From NCBI GenBank assembly GCA_934096815.1, contig CAKOMY010000005.1, positions 46,807-110,806 of the forward strand: 64,000 nt of DNA, written 5' to 3'. Source of the stretch: an uncultured Bacilli bacterium (GTDB lineage: Bacteria; Bacillota_I; Bacilli_A; RF39; UBA660). The position numbers were made by a program, and so were the translations under genes. A model generated the notes under the pieces. The model saw nothing but the letters and a program-made list of their open reading frames with translations. It ran no database searches and was not told the origin of the DNA. Every line of letters starts with the position of its first letter. The stretch's first letter is position 1. Below, piece after piece: positions 18,001 to 26,487 of the stretch.

Positions 18001-19604
18001 GGTAATGTAACATTATCTACACTTAAACCTGTTTCTTTAGCAAGTTTAATATATTGCGGATAAGTAGTACTTGTATCAGTTCTAACATCTTCAACTAATT
18101 TTGTTCTATCTTCTAGTTCAATTACTTGATTACTATCAGTATAATATAATTTTGTATCAGTTGGTATTACTTCATTAATACTTTTTTTACCTAAAATATT
18201 GGTTCCTAGTTTAACACCTGGGCCTTTTACCATAAGTGTTTCAAAATTGAAGTTTGACTTCATATTATTATTATCAGATGAAGGGAAATGAAATATTCCA
18301 CCATCTACTTTTCCAACCTCAAAAACACCTTTTTTTACATTAACATTTAAAGTAATATTTTGCTCCTTAGGTTCTGAATCAGAAAATACATCAAATATAT
18401 ATTCATCCCATGAACCTGTTCCAGTAACGGCATAAGTTCCTCCATCAATAGTAAAACCATAAGTCTTAGGTAGATTTTTTAATTCTTCAGCCATATCTAA
18501 AGTAGATAGTATTACTCTACCATTAAATCCTTTTCCAACTATTTTACCATTATTACCATTGCCACTGTCTTTAATGGTTAGATTACTTCTAAAATTATAA
18601 TTATTTCCATCTTTATAACCATAATAGAATGTTAAATTGTGTTCTGTTACATCAAGAGTATTACCTGCTAAATCTAAAGTAACATTACCTAAAACATAAA
18701 ATTCAAGAAACTTTGTTAACTTAATATTACCACCTAATTTAATAATAGTGTCTTTGCTATTATTAATTTGATTAACAGCATTTATTAATTCATCTTCTGT
18801 TGAAGCCGTTAATGTTTGAACTTCTTTTTTCTTAACTGTAATTGGACCCCAATAAGCATTAATAGTATTAAGTTTATCAGCTCTATTTGCTATTTTAGCA
18901 CCTTCTCTATCATAATACTCTATAATAGAATCAGCGTCAATTGCATCATCAACAGTTAAAGTGCTAGTTTTTATCAAATATGTTTCTGCACGACCTTTTT
19001 TATTATCTTTAGTAACATTTGAAAATTTTATTGTTTTATATGCCCTAAGATCTGCTATTTCATAAAATCCAGTAACTTTCAGATTTTTAAAAACTACATT
19101 ATTAAATCTGTAATCACCAGCGGTTTGCCAAAAACTGTCAAAATCTTTTATATATTCAACATCTATACCATCCATTTCAAAATTAACAGTATATTCAGCC
19201 TTCATAATTTCGTTATAGATTGGAGTTGTGCCTATATTTTTTAAAAGATTAAGCTTTGCTCTTTTAGAGCTATTTGAATTAATGAATTTTAAGTCTAGAC
19301 TATTTTGATATATTAGTTCAAACTTATAATGTTCTGGCACAGTTAATGTAAAGCCATTAAAATCCAAAGTTTTAGACATTTCAATATAGAATTTTGTATC
19401 AAAATCTTCTCTTAATGTAATGTCACTAGTAAGTTTAACTACATTAGTTACATTATCATTCATTTTAGCAGTTAAATCTGAATAATTATTAACTTCTGCA
19501 GTTGTTTCAGCATTTACATTAGTTAATCCTACGGCAAAGACTGCTACTAATGTAAATAATATCGTAGTTATTTTTTTAACTACATTTTTAGATTTGCCCA
19601 TCAA
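15060..19604 (-). CDS. Cell-wall-anchored giant surface protein/adhesin (1514 aa) with MBG-type and Ig-like repeats and an NPQTG sorting signal
   Basis: Signal peptide (ILFTLVAVFAVGLTNVNA). Repeated TFTYDGTEHTK/VYDGTELTK...GKLTVNP (MBG-like) and Ig-like units. The C-terminus has NPQTGD (15153-15167), then a hydrophobic helix and a YRRKQIN tail. Confidence 0.85.
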   Translation of the reverse strand: MMGKSKNVVKKITTILFTLVAVFAVGLTNVNAETTAEVNNYSDLTAKMNDNVTNVVKLTSDITLREDFDTKFYIEMSKTLDFNGFTLTVPEHYKFELIYQNSLDLKFINSNSSKRAKLNLLKNIGTTPIYNEIMKAEYTVNFEMDGIDVEYIKDFDSFWQTAGDYRFNNVVFKNLKVTGFYEIADLRAYKTIKFSNVTKDNKKGRAETYLIKTSTLTVDDAIDADSIIEYYDREGAKIANRADKLNTINAYWGPITVKKKEVQTLTASTEDELINAVNQINNSKDTIIKLGGNIKLTKFLEFYVLGNVTLDLAGNTLDVTEHNLTFYYGYKDGNNYNFRSNLTIKDSGNGNNGKIVGKGFNGRVILSTLDMAEELKNLPKTYGFTIDGGTYAVTGTGSWDEYIFDVFSDSEPKEQNITLNVNVKKGVFEVGKVDGGIFHFPSSDNNNMKSNFNFETLMVKGPGVKLGTNILGKKSINEVIPTDTKLYYTDSNQVIELEDRTKLVEDVRTDTSTTYPQYIKLAKETGLSVDNVTLPNVTYGYTDGPSATIKITNIGAAELKITNVTVSDNEKFEIIGTTQPTIGIGAINNDFKIKAKSGLAAGTYTPTITVTDENGKTYTATVTLKVEKKNYEGVTIHYPSNWIYNSNPTLSITGLESLGSNEYEIYYSKETTPGNYENIGNTLPILVGKYKVNVKITSANYIESESNVDFEIKPIDTEVKVKSYDETFTYDGTEHTKNAYDVLWANNASPVTDKKLPNGDLVTAVITGKVRDVKDTALENNTIGKITITNAEGVDVTSCYSGIVKAAGKLTVNPISTPIVVTAGSDTKVYDGTELTKNNYTYTNGVLLPGDMLEATITGSQKFVGSSNNTVSNVKVMRNGEDITSNYTMGTHVNGVLEVTSAEQPLAIADQNVKVNGSISKEYLEQSVTGNVGNIDFTIKSGTALTYDATNEEYVAGATEGDVVMTITAAKMDLGGDNTPEWKETTKDFIVHVVNKTDVNISGLSNNETFTYDGNPKKPTGTISVNAGTVNVSDLEVLYKGTGSTNYNSATAPTKAGTYTVTYKVPDSNSDYTGTFSVAFTIKKAQLEKVTLIENTFEYTGDEIVTQDSNFDSNKMNFSGDIKATNVGNYSITVSLKDKDNYEWKDGTTTDLVLNWSITQATPDYTVPTGLTGVKGKTLNDVTLPGRFTWNDTSTVLTAGTHTYKATYTPVDTTNYKTITDIDIEVNVKDTFDVITSVDGGNGTITPSKIDAVEGTKVEITFTPNVGYMIDKVLVNTVETTVTGNKIELTVNEEKDVKVSYKKIPFTVTVKDVDGATITPNGAVAVSYGEDKEFTITANSGYKLVKVLVDETDKTADMVGDTLKLTNITSNINLEVVVEKIVYEVIEGANQKYTITKNNEAKFKINADFRLFDDGKVYVDNELVDPKNYTAESGSTIITLKKEFVDTLSVGEHTLKVLFNDGGEAITTFNVAKVTVPTENPQTGDNIGFYIMSGILSIVGLAGAGIFYRRKQIN

Positions 19605-19635
19605 ATCTTCCTCCTTCCTATATAACTATACTATT

Positions 19636-19691
19636 TTTTCACTTTCTTTAATAGATGAAAAAAGTCATATTATTCTTGCAAAAAATATGAC
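19636..19691 (-). promoter_or_regulatory. Conserved promoter/leader module, copy 1 (upstream of the adhesin gene)
   Basis: TTTTCACTTTCTTTAATAGATGAAAAA at 19636-19662 and AAAAATATGAC at 19681-19691. The same two blocks occur with the same 45-nt offset upstream of 19986-21197. Confidence 0.5.
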
Positions 19692-19719
19692 TTTTGACAC
19701 ATTTTAAATATTTAATACC

Positions 19720-19938
19720 TTAATTTACTACGGCTACACAATACACTTCTAATTTTTGCCCTCCAACGGTAGTTGCAGTAATTGTAGCAGATGAGTTGAT
19801 TGTAGCATTTACTTTTCCAATACAAGTAGTATCATTTGTTGTAACACTTCCTGAAACAGTTCCACTTGTAGACCATTTAACACTTTGATTTGATTTAACA
19901 GTAAAATCATTAGAGCCAGTATTAAAATATCTATTTTT
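19720..19938 (-). pseudogene. Start-less Big_2-like (bacterial Ig) domain remnant
   Basis: Hand translation gives KNRYFNTGSNDFTVKSNQSVKWSTSGTVSGSVTTNDTTCIGKVNATINSSATITATTVGGQKLEVYCVAVVN*. A stop lies immediately upstream and there is no ATG. Confidence 0.35.
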
Positions 19939-19985
19939 ATCATTTTAATTATTTTTACTCTTTTTTACTGAATACTTTTTTAATA

Positions 19986-21197
19986 TTAAGCAACATAGTT
20001 CTTTATATCAACAAAGAATTTTTGTTCTGCTTTTGTTTTTGCGTGTAATCTTACATCACCACTAACTCTACTAATAGCACCCGTTGATGCTACAATAGTA
20101 TCAAAAGTATAACCACCTTTTACAGATGTTGATGTTTTACTTATAAAATCTTTATATGTATATTCATAGCTTACTGATGAAGTTAAAGTTACATCCCAAG
20201 TTACATTTTGATTTGCAGTTACATAATAACCATTACTATCTCCATAAAAAGAAGCATATTTACTATAAGACTCTCCTTTTGATGTTAATTCTAAGTCTTT
20301 TTCATAATAAATTGTTTGCTCAGCAGTAGTTCCACTTGGTGTTTTTGCATAAACTTTAATCGCTGCACCTTTTGAACATGCACCATTATTTTTAGCTGTA
20401 ATAACTCCAGTTTTAGCATCAATACCCATACATAATGTATTACTTAATGAGTATGTAACATCTCCTGTAGCATTTTCTACTTTTGCGCTCGCTTTTGCTG
20501 TTTTTATTCCATTATAATGAATTGTATCTCTTGATAAGCTTAATGTAATTTTTTCTGGTTTAACTTCAATCGTAGGTTCTTCTTTCTTTTCTTGTTTTGG
20601 TGTTTCTTTCTTCTGCTCTACTTTTTTCCATTTAGCATATAAAGTTGTATCTTCACTTAGTAATGCTTTATTATAAATTGGTCTATCATTAACATCAACC
20701 CAACCTTTAAAAGTATAACCTTTATAAGTAGGATCTTTTGGTAGTGTTAGTTCTGTTCCTTTATTTATAGTAATAGCATCAACATTTGATCCACCTTTAC
20801 TATCAAAAGTAACAGTAATAGTTTTAACCACTCCCTCATATACCGCTTTTAATTTGATATTTTTATTTATTTTAGTTTTAAAGTCATAAGGTTTATCTGC
20901 TAAAACATCTTTTCCATCTTTTTCTTCTAAAATTAAATACCAATCAATAAACTGTTCTCCTAAATCTTCTTTTGTTTTAACATCTTTACTATTAATGGTT
21001 TTATTGTATTTAACATATACTACTTCTTCTTTTGTACCATTATTATAATCAAATGTTACTTCAAATTTACGATTAAAGAACCATAATAAGAATAAAATAA
21101 CTATTAATAGTAATAGACCAGCTACTATTAAAATAATATTTTTTTTCTTATTGTTTTTAGAAGTTTTTTCTTCTTTTTCTTTACTTTTAGTAAACAT
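19986..21197 (-). CDS. Membrane-anchored surface protein with Listeria-Bacteroides (Flg_new/InlB B-type) repeats and an Ig-like region
   Basis: N-terminal TM helix. VTFDYNNGTKEE...FIDWY and ITVTFDSKGGSNVDAITINKGTELTLPKDPTYKGYTFKGWVD...TLYAKW are typical Flg_new repeats. Confidence 0.7.
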   Translation of the reverse strand: MFTKSKEKEEKTSKNNKKKNIILIVAGLLLLIVILFLLWFFNRKFEVTFDYNNGTKEEVVYVKYNKTINSKDVKTKEDLGEQFIDWYLILEEKDGKDVLADKPYDFKTKINKNIKLKAVYEGVVKTITVTFDSKGGSNVDAITINKGTELTLPKDPTYKGYTFKGWVDVNDRPIYNKALLSEDTTLYAKWKKVEQKKETPKQEKKEEPTIEVKPEKITLSLSRDTIHYNGIKTAKASAKVENATGDVTYSLSNTLCMGIDAKTGVITAKNNGACSKGAAIKVYAKTPSGTTAEQTIYYEKDLELTSKGESYSKYASFYGDSNGYYVTANQNVTWDVTLTSSVSYEYTYKDFISKTSTSVKGGYTFDTIVASTGAISRVSGDVRLHAKTKAEQKFFVDIKNYVA

Positions 21198-21227
21198 AAT
21201 ATCTCCTCCTAATAATATTATATATTA

Positions 21228-21283
21228 TTTTCACTTTCTTTAATAGATGAAAAAGGTAATACAAATTTAAGAAAAAATATGAC
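21228..21283 (-). promoter_or_regulatory. Conserved promoter/leader module, copy 2 (upstream of 19986-21197)
   Basis: Identical 27-mer TTTTCACTTTCTTTAATAGATGAAAAA at 21228-21254 and AAAAATATGAC at 21273-21283. It lies in the divergent intergenic region shared with the LuxR-type regulator gene. Confidence 0.5.
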
Positions 21284-21376
21284 AAAAGTAATAGTTTTTC
21301 TATTAAACTCATTGTTTTATATATGAAAAATTCAACTTTGATGATATAGTATTTATATATTCTTGAGGTGAATATT

Positions 21377-22006
21377 ATGGTAAATAAGAAGAAAATAATG
21401 ATTATTGAAGATCAAGCACTGCTTAACAATATGTTAAAGAATACTTTATCAAATGATTATGATATTGTCTGTACATGTACTAGTGCTAAAGATATGATGA
21501 ATTTATATAAAAAATATAAACCTGATTTAATATTAACTGATGTAGTTACTAAAGAAGGTGCTAATGGTATAGAATATGCCAAAGAAGTAAAAGATAAATA
21601 TCACAATAAAGTAAAAGTACTTGCTATTACTGGTGTACCAGAAATTACTTTTTTAAATACTGCTAAAGAATATAATTTAGATGGATTAATATATAAAGAC
21701 ACAGATAGTGAATCATTACTTTTTAGTATCAGTCAAGTTCTAAAAGGATATACTCTATTTCCTGATAATTGTATGTATAGTGAAGAAAGTGAAAAATTTA
21801 AAGATCTTTCAGATAAAGAAATTAAAATAATAAGATGTATATGTGAAGCTAAAGATAGAAATGAAATTGCCGAAGAATTAAATATAACCTCAGGTACTTT
21901 AAAAAATTATATTTCAAATATTCTTACTAAACTAGGTTTTGATAACATAACTAAACTTACCATATTTTGTTTAAGTAATGGATATATTGTTCCTAATCAA
22001 AAATAA
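21377..22006 (+). CDS. NarL/LuxR-family response regulator
   Basis: REC domain (IMIIEDQ...DLILTDV...KVLAITG) plus a LuxR HTH (LSDKEIKIIRCICEAKDRNEIAEELNITSGTLKNYISNILTKLG). GAGG lies 8 nt before ATG 21377. Confidence 0.85.
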   Translation: MVNKKKIMIIEDQALLNNMLKNTLSNDYDIVCTCTSAKDMMNLYKKYKPDLILTDVVTKEGANGIEYAKEVKDKYHNKVKVLAITGVPEITFLNTAKEYNLDGLIYKDTDSESLLFSISQVLKGYTLFPDNCMYSEESEKFKDLSDKEIKIIRCICEAKDRNEIAEELNITSGTLKNYISNILTKLGFDNITKLTIFCLSNGYIVPNQK

Positions 22007-22046
22007 AGAAGAAATATTTTGTAAAATTGATTTCTTCTTTTTTATG
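22005..22046. terminator. Bidirectional intrinsic terminator between convergent genes
   Basis: 11-bp stem AAAGAAGAAAT (22005-22015) pairing with ATTTCTTCTTT (22030-22040), followed by TTTT. Confidence 0.6.
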
Positions 22047-23157
22047 CTTTTATTATTAATTTAAAATTATCATCAGTTATAACTTTTAAACTACCATTTA
22101 TATTAGATAATTTCTTACGCATTCCTTTAATTCCTTCATTTTCAAATATAACACTTTTTGGTTTATTACCATCATTTGTTATAACCATTTCTATATAATT
22201 ATCACGAGCAGTTATAACTACTTTAATATTTTTACTATTAGCATGAATAATAGCATTAGTAATAGCTTCTCTTATTATTTCAAAAAATACTATACCTTTT
22301 TCTTCATCTATAGGTAAAGCACCAAAAACTTTAACATTTATTCCTATAATACTATACATATTTATCAAGTTTTTTAATTTTTCATTGCTATCTAGTTTTG
22401 AATTAAAATCTTCATAAATACTATCTAATAATTTTAATATGTTATTTATATCCTTATTTTCTTGTTCTAAATATTTATCAAACAAAGCAAGTCTATATCC
22501 TATTATATCGTGATATTCATTTTTAAGTTTTAATAAGTTCTTTTCTCTTTCTAATTCTTCAACATTTTTAATAGCAAGTAATAATTTATCATTATTTTCT
22601 TTAATTTGCTTATTTTGTTTTTTTTCTTCTTCTTGTAAAGAATATAACTCTGTTATATCTATTAAAGATACTTCTTTATTATCATATATATTTAACATAT
22701 ATACTTTATCATTATGCTTTAGTAGATAATTATTATTTACTTTCTTAAAACTTCTCTTTATTAGATTGTTTATAAAGTCTTCAGTAATATTTAGTCCTTT
22801 TAAAATATCAGAAAATAAATTATTTATTAAAATAATATTATTTTCATCTAAAAACATTATTCCAGTATCAGATGCATCAATACCTTTTTTAACAGATAAA
22901 ACTGATATATATTCATTTTTACATAATTTTTCATATATAAAACTAATCAAAATATAAAATGATAATAACAAAGATAAATACTTAGTTATTTTAGAAATAT
23001 CAAGTAAATTAAAATACTCTAATATAACCATAACTATTAATATTAATAATTCAAATATTTTTTTAATACTTGATGCATCTTTTCTTAAAAAGAAAGTAGA
23101 TACTCTAACAACTTGTATTAATGTAATTATAATGGTAATTATAAGTAATATTTTCAT
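22042..23157 (-). CDS. Sensor histidine kinase, NarL-partner (HisKA_3) type
   Basis: N-terminal TM helices, H-box EYHDIIGYRLALF, N-box REAITNAIIHANSKNI, and a G-box-like GIKGMRKK. Confidence 0.8.
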   Translation of the reverse strand: MKILLIITIIITLIQVVRVSTFFLRKDASSIKKIFELLILIVMVILEYFNLLDISKITKYLSLLLSFYILISFIYEKLCKNEYISVLSVKKGIDASDTGIMFLDENNIILINNLFSDILKGLNITEDFINNLIKRSFKKVNNNYLLKHNDKVYMLNIYDNKEVSLIDITELYSLQEEEKKQNKQIKENNDKLLLAIKNVEELEREKNLLKLKNEYHDIIGYRLALFDKYLEQENKDINNILKLLDSIYEDFNSKLDSNEKLKNLINMYSIIGINVKVFGALPIDEEKGIVFFEIIREAITNAIIHANSKNIKVVITARDNYIEMVITNDGNKPKSVIFENEGIKGMRKKLSNINGSLKVITDDNFKLIIKA

Positions 23158-24752
23158 TTTATAACACCACCTTTTATAACAAATTCTAGTTCTGTATCTG
23201 TATCATATATTTTTTCTTTTATCAAAACACTAGAATCTATTTTTATTTTATTCTTTAAAGATTTATCAGTATCTATAATAGCTTTTAGTTTAACATTCTT
23301 ATTTTCTTTAGAAATAAATAATACAATAGATTTATCATTACTACTTTCTATAAGTTCATATACAATATCATACAACAAAGACATTGTATTGCCGTTTATT
23401 GTCATCTTATTATTAATACTAATAAAACTCTTTATATTAGTACTCTTCATACTATTTAATAATTCATCTAATAATGCTTTAATTCCATTTTCGTTATAAG
23501 AATCTCCATTAATTTCAGATATTATTAACATACTTTTCTTTTTACTATATATAATTATTCTTTTAATTTTTTCAAAATCTTTTGTGGATACATCTTTCTT
23601 CTTTAATATCTTTTTAATCTCATTTCTTTTTTCAGTAAGTTTTAATTCAACTTTATCTATAACATCTTTTCTTATTTGCATTTCATATAATTCTTTTTTA
23701 GTTTTTTCTTCTAATCTTATACTTTCTTGTTGTTCAAGTAATTCTTTCTTTTGTTCATTTATTTCCTTTTCAAGTTCAAGAATACTAGATAAATCTTTTT
23801 TTAAGATAACATAACTATCTTTGTTCTTTTTTATATCATAAATAATATTTTTATTTTTATATGTTTCTTTCACACTATTATTATTTATATCATCTAATAA
23901 TTTTTTAGGAATATTATCAAACACATTCGTAGTATATTTGGTTTTACCATCCAATGAAATAATAGCCATATTTAAATTAGAGTTAGAAAATCTACTTTTG
24001 TATTTACTATTATTAGGAATTAGATTTAGATAAAAAGCAAGTTCAATGCCTACACAAATTAATGCACTATTAACAATGGACATATTTATACCTCTTACAT
24101 AAGGAACATTTAACACATAAAGAATTGTGTATGTTAGACCTAGTAATATTACTATAAACGGTAAAAATCCTTTTATATCTTTTTTTATTTTCATTCTATA
24201 AATTGCTAAATCTATTAAACTTTTACTAAATAAATAAAATATCCAAATAGATATTAAATAATATCCTATAAAATGTTTATAATCATCAAATAAAACTATT
24301 CCTTTAACAAATTTAAATACTAATTCGTGAAAATCATTAGTTAAAACAAGGAGTAATAAAAAGCACGAAATTGAATATATAATTTTTTTCTTTGTTTTAT
24401 TCATTTTACCTAATAATGATAATGAACTAATATAATATAGTGTTGGAATAAAGATTAGTGGCAAATAATATAGATACCAACACATTCTTTCTGTTAGTGG
24501 AGAAACTGCAATTCCTTTTATAATTCTTATTAACATCCAAAATACAATAAGTAATCCAATAAGCAAAATATATCTTCTTGTCTTCTTATCATACAGTTTA
24601 TAATAAAGTCTTATTGTCCAAATAGTGAACAATATAGCAAATAAAAATGTAATAAACTTATTCATAGTATTATCCACCTCTTTTCTTAAAAAATAAGTAA
24701 TAGCTAATACTAATATAATATATTTTACAAAATATTTAAATAATGTTATCAA
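23154..24752 (-). CDS. Multi-pass membrane sensor-like protein with coiled coil and degenerate kinase-like C-terminus
   Basis: About 7 predicted TM helices in the first ~250 aa, then a charged coiled coil. It overlaps the downstream kinase gene by 4 nt (ATGA). No catalytic motifs recognised. Confidence 0.45.
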   Translation of the reverse strand: MITLFKYFVKYIILVLAITYFLRKEVDNTMNKFITFLFAILFTIWTIRLYYKLYDKKTRRYILLIGLLIVFWMLIRIIKGIAVSPLTERMCWYLYYLPLIFIPTLYYISSLSLLGKMNKTKKKIIYSISCFLLLLVLTNDFHELVFKFVKGIVLFDDYKHFIGYYLISIWIFYLFSKSLIDLAIYRMKIKKDIKGFLPFIVILLGLTYTILYVLNVPYVRGINMSIVNSALICVGIELAFYLNLIPNNSKYKSRFSNSNLNMAIISLDGKTKYTTNVFDNIPKKLLDDINNNSVKETYKNKNIIYDIKKNKDSYVILKKDLSSILELEKEINEQKKELLEQQESIRLEEKTKKELYEMQIRKDVIDKVELKLTEKRNEIKKILKKKDVSTKDFEKIKRIIIYSKKKSMLIISEINGDSYNENGIKALLDELLNSMKSTNIKSFISINNKMTINGNTMSLLYDIVYELIESSNDKSIVLFISKENKNVKLKAIIDTDKSLKNKIKIDSSVLIKEKIYDTDTELEFVIKGGVIK

Positions 24753-24813
24753 TTTTTAGGTAAAGCAATGAATTTTAACTATAATTTTGTTAGAAGATAT
24801 TTGGTGATAAATA

Positions 24814-25623
24814 GTGAATAAAAAAAATAAAATTATACTATCAATAATTATAATCATTTCTTTATTACTATTAATTTATTCTATTGTAAATATAGTTATT
24901 TGGAAAAACGATTCTAATAAAACTAATAAACAAATAGAAGAAGTTCAAGAAACAATTAAAGTAGAAGAAGTAATAGATACTGAAAATACTGAAATAATAG
25001 AACAAGTAGAAGAAATACCAAAATCTAACCCATATTGGGATTATATAAAAATGAATATGATAGACATTAACTTTAATGAATTAAAAAACATCAATAATGA
25101 TGTTAAAGGTTGGATTAAAGTAAATGGTACTAATATAAATTATCCTTTCGTTCAATCTAACAATAATAAATATTATTTAACACATAGTTTTGATAAATCT
25201 TATAATTCAGCTGGTTGGTTATTTCTAGATTACAGAAATAATATAAATAATAATAAAAATACTATTATTTATGCACATGGTAGAAATGATAAAACTATGT
25301 TTGGATCATTAAGAACTGTATTAACTAAAAACTGATTATCTAACACAAATAACTATGTAATAAAAATATCTACTGAAAAGGAAAATAGTTTATGGCAGAT
25401 ATTTAGTACTTATCGTATACCTACTACTAGTGATTACTTACAAACTAATTTTGAAAGTGATATTGAATATCAAGAATTTTTGGATATGATAAAAGATAGA
25501 AGTAGTTATAACTTTAATACAAGTGTTAATTCTAACGATAATATTCTTACTTTATCTACATGTTATAATAATAGTGATAAAATGGTAGTTCATGCTAAAT
25601 TAATTAAAAAAGAGCAAAAATAA
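24814..25623 (+). pseudogene. srtB: Class B sortase interrupted by a single in-frame TGA (25333-25335)
   Basis: The part before the stop reads ...NINYPFVQSNNNKYYLTHSFD...IIYAHGRNDKTMFGSLRTVLTKN*. The same frame continues LSNTNNYVIKISTE...LQTNFESDIEYQEFL...ILTLSTCYNNSDKMVVHAKLI, which carries the TLSTC catalytic Cys. The total of 269 codons fits SrtB. Confidence 0.8.
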
Positions 25624-25654
25624 AAAGATTGGATAATATATAATATGATACTTA

Positions 25655-26035
25655 TTATATATTACGGTGTTCCATATCAATAAGATACTTGGCATAATTG
25701 AAGGAATTCTCATTCCCAACCCTCATTTTATATTTTAAAGAACACTTTTCATATCCCTTTCTAATAATACTTAACCTATTTTCCTTATCAAATATCTTAA
25801 CATCTTTTAAAAAACATAGAATCATTTCTTGTTCTTTTAATGTTACTTCCAGAATTCTACATCTATACTTAAAGAATATTCCTTTAAGTAAATAATTTCT
25901 AGTTATCTTTCTATCCTTTTTAAGAACATAATCTTCTAAATCATCATATAACTCTATTACCTTGGCATCTTTGTTGGTAGTTAATTTTTTATAATTATTA
26001 GTGTTAATATCGTAAGAAAGTTTGTTTTTTTCTAC
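25655..26035 (-). pseudogene. Start-less ORF remnant of unknown family
   Basis: Hand translation gives VEKNKLSYDINTNNYKK...DDLEDYVLKKDRKITRNYLLKGIFFKYRCRILEV...NSFNYAKYLIDMEHRNI*. There is no usable start for the first ~70 codons. Confidence 0.25.
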
Positions 26036-26193
26036 TATCCTTTACATGATTTGAAACATCCTTTTGGCTGTTTCAAATAAGTTCTGGGTGGTATATATTA
26101 CCATCATGGGCAAAATCAATGGTAGTATAGTCTTCCTAATGATTTAATACAATTTAAGGGATAATTAAAGAACTTAAAAATGTTCTTGTAGTA

Positions 26194-26214
26194 ACATCAA
26201 GATTGCTTGGTGTT
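26194..26214. other. attP-like site of the element-B recombinase family (junction between B1 and B2)
   Basis: ACATCAAGATTGCTTGGTGTT equals the right-end arm of element B (ACACCAAGA, one mismatch), then the TTGC core, then the left-end arm (TTGGTGTT). Confidence 0.65.
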
Positions 26215-26487
26215 CACACAGCAACACTTTAAGACCGAAGAATGCCTTGCACAAGCAAGGTTTTTAGAACTCAAACTTTTTAATGAGTTATCTTCGTTCA
26301 TATCTAAATCTATGTCTATGTCTGGAGTATTAAAGTCATAATATACTTTTAATCTTACATTTTTTCTATCACTATTGATTTTTTCAATCTCTACTTTTTC
26401 AACTAATAAATTAATTAGATATGCTAAATTTTCTTTTATATCTAATTTAGTATTTAAAGAATTTTCAATAGTTTCTAATTTCTTCAT
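26197..26487 (-). pseudogene. C-terminal relic of a third large serine recombinase
   Basis: LINLLVEKVEIEKINSDRKNVRLKVYYDFN aligns with LSR B LMRILVERVEVEKINGDRKHVRLIIYFNFN. Only about 75 homologous residues remain. It is truncated where the ABC ATPase gene ends. Confidence 0.7.

Noticed and set aside
25333-25335. In-frame TGA in srtB as evidence for genetic code 4 (TGA=Trp) or code 25
   Set aside because: Standard-code ORFs of 1514, 958, 863 and 719 aa stay open throughout the window, and Trp in the same gene is encoded by TGG. A reassigned TGA would fragment many genes in the provided ORF track. A point lesion or a sequencing error is more economical.
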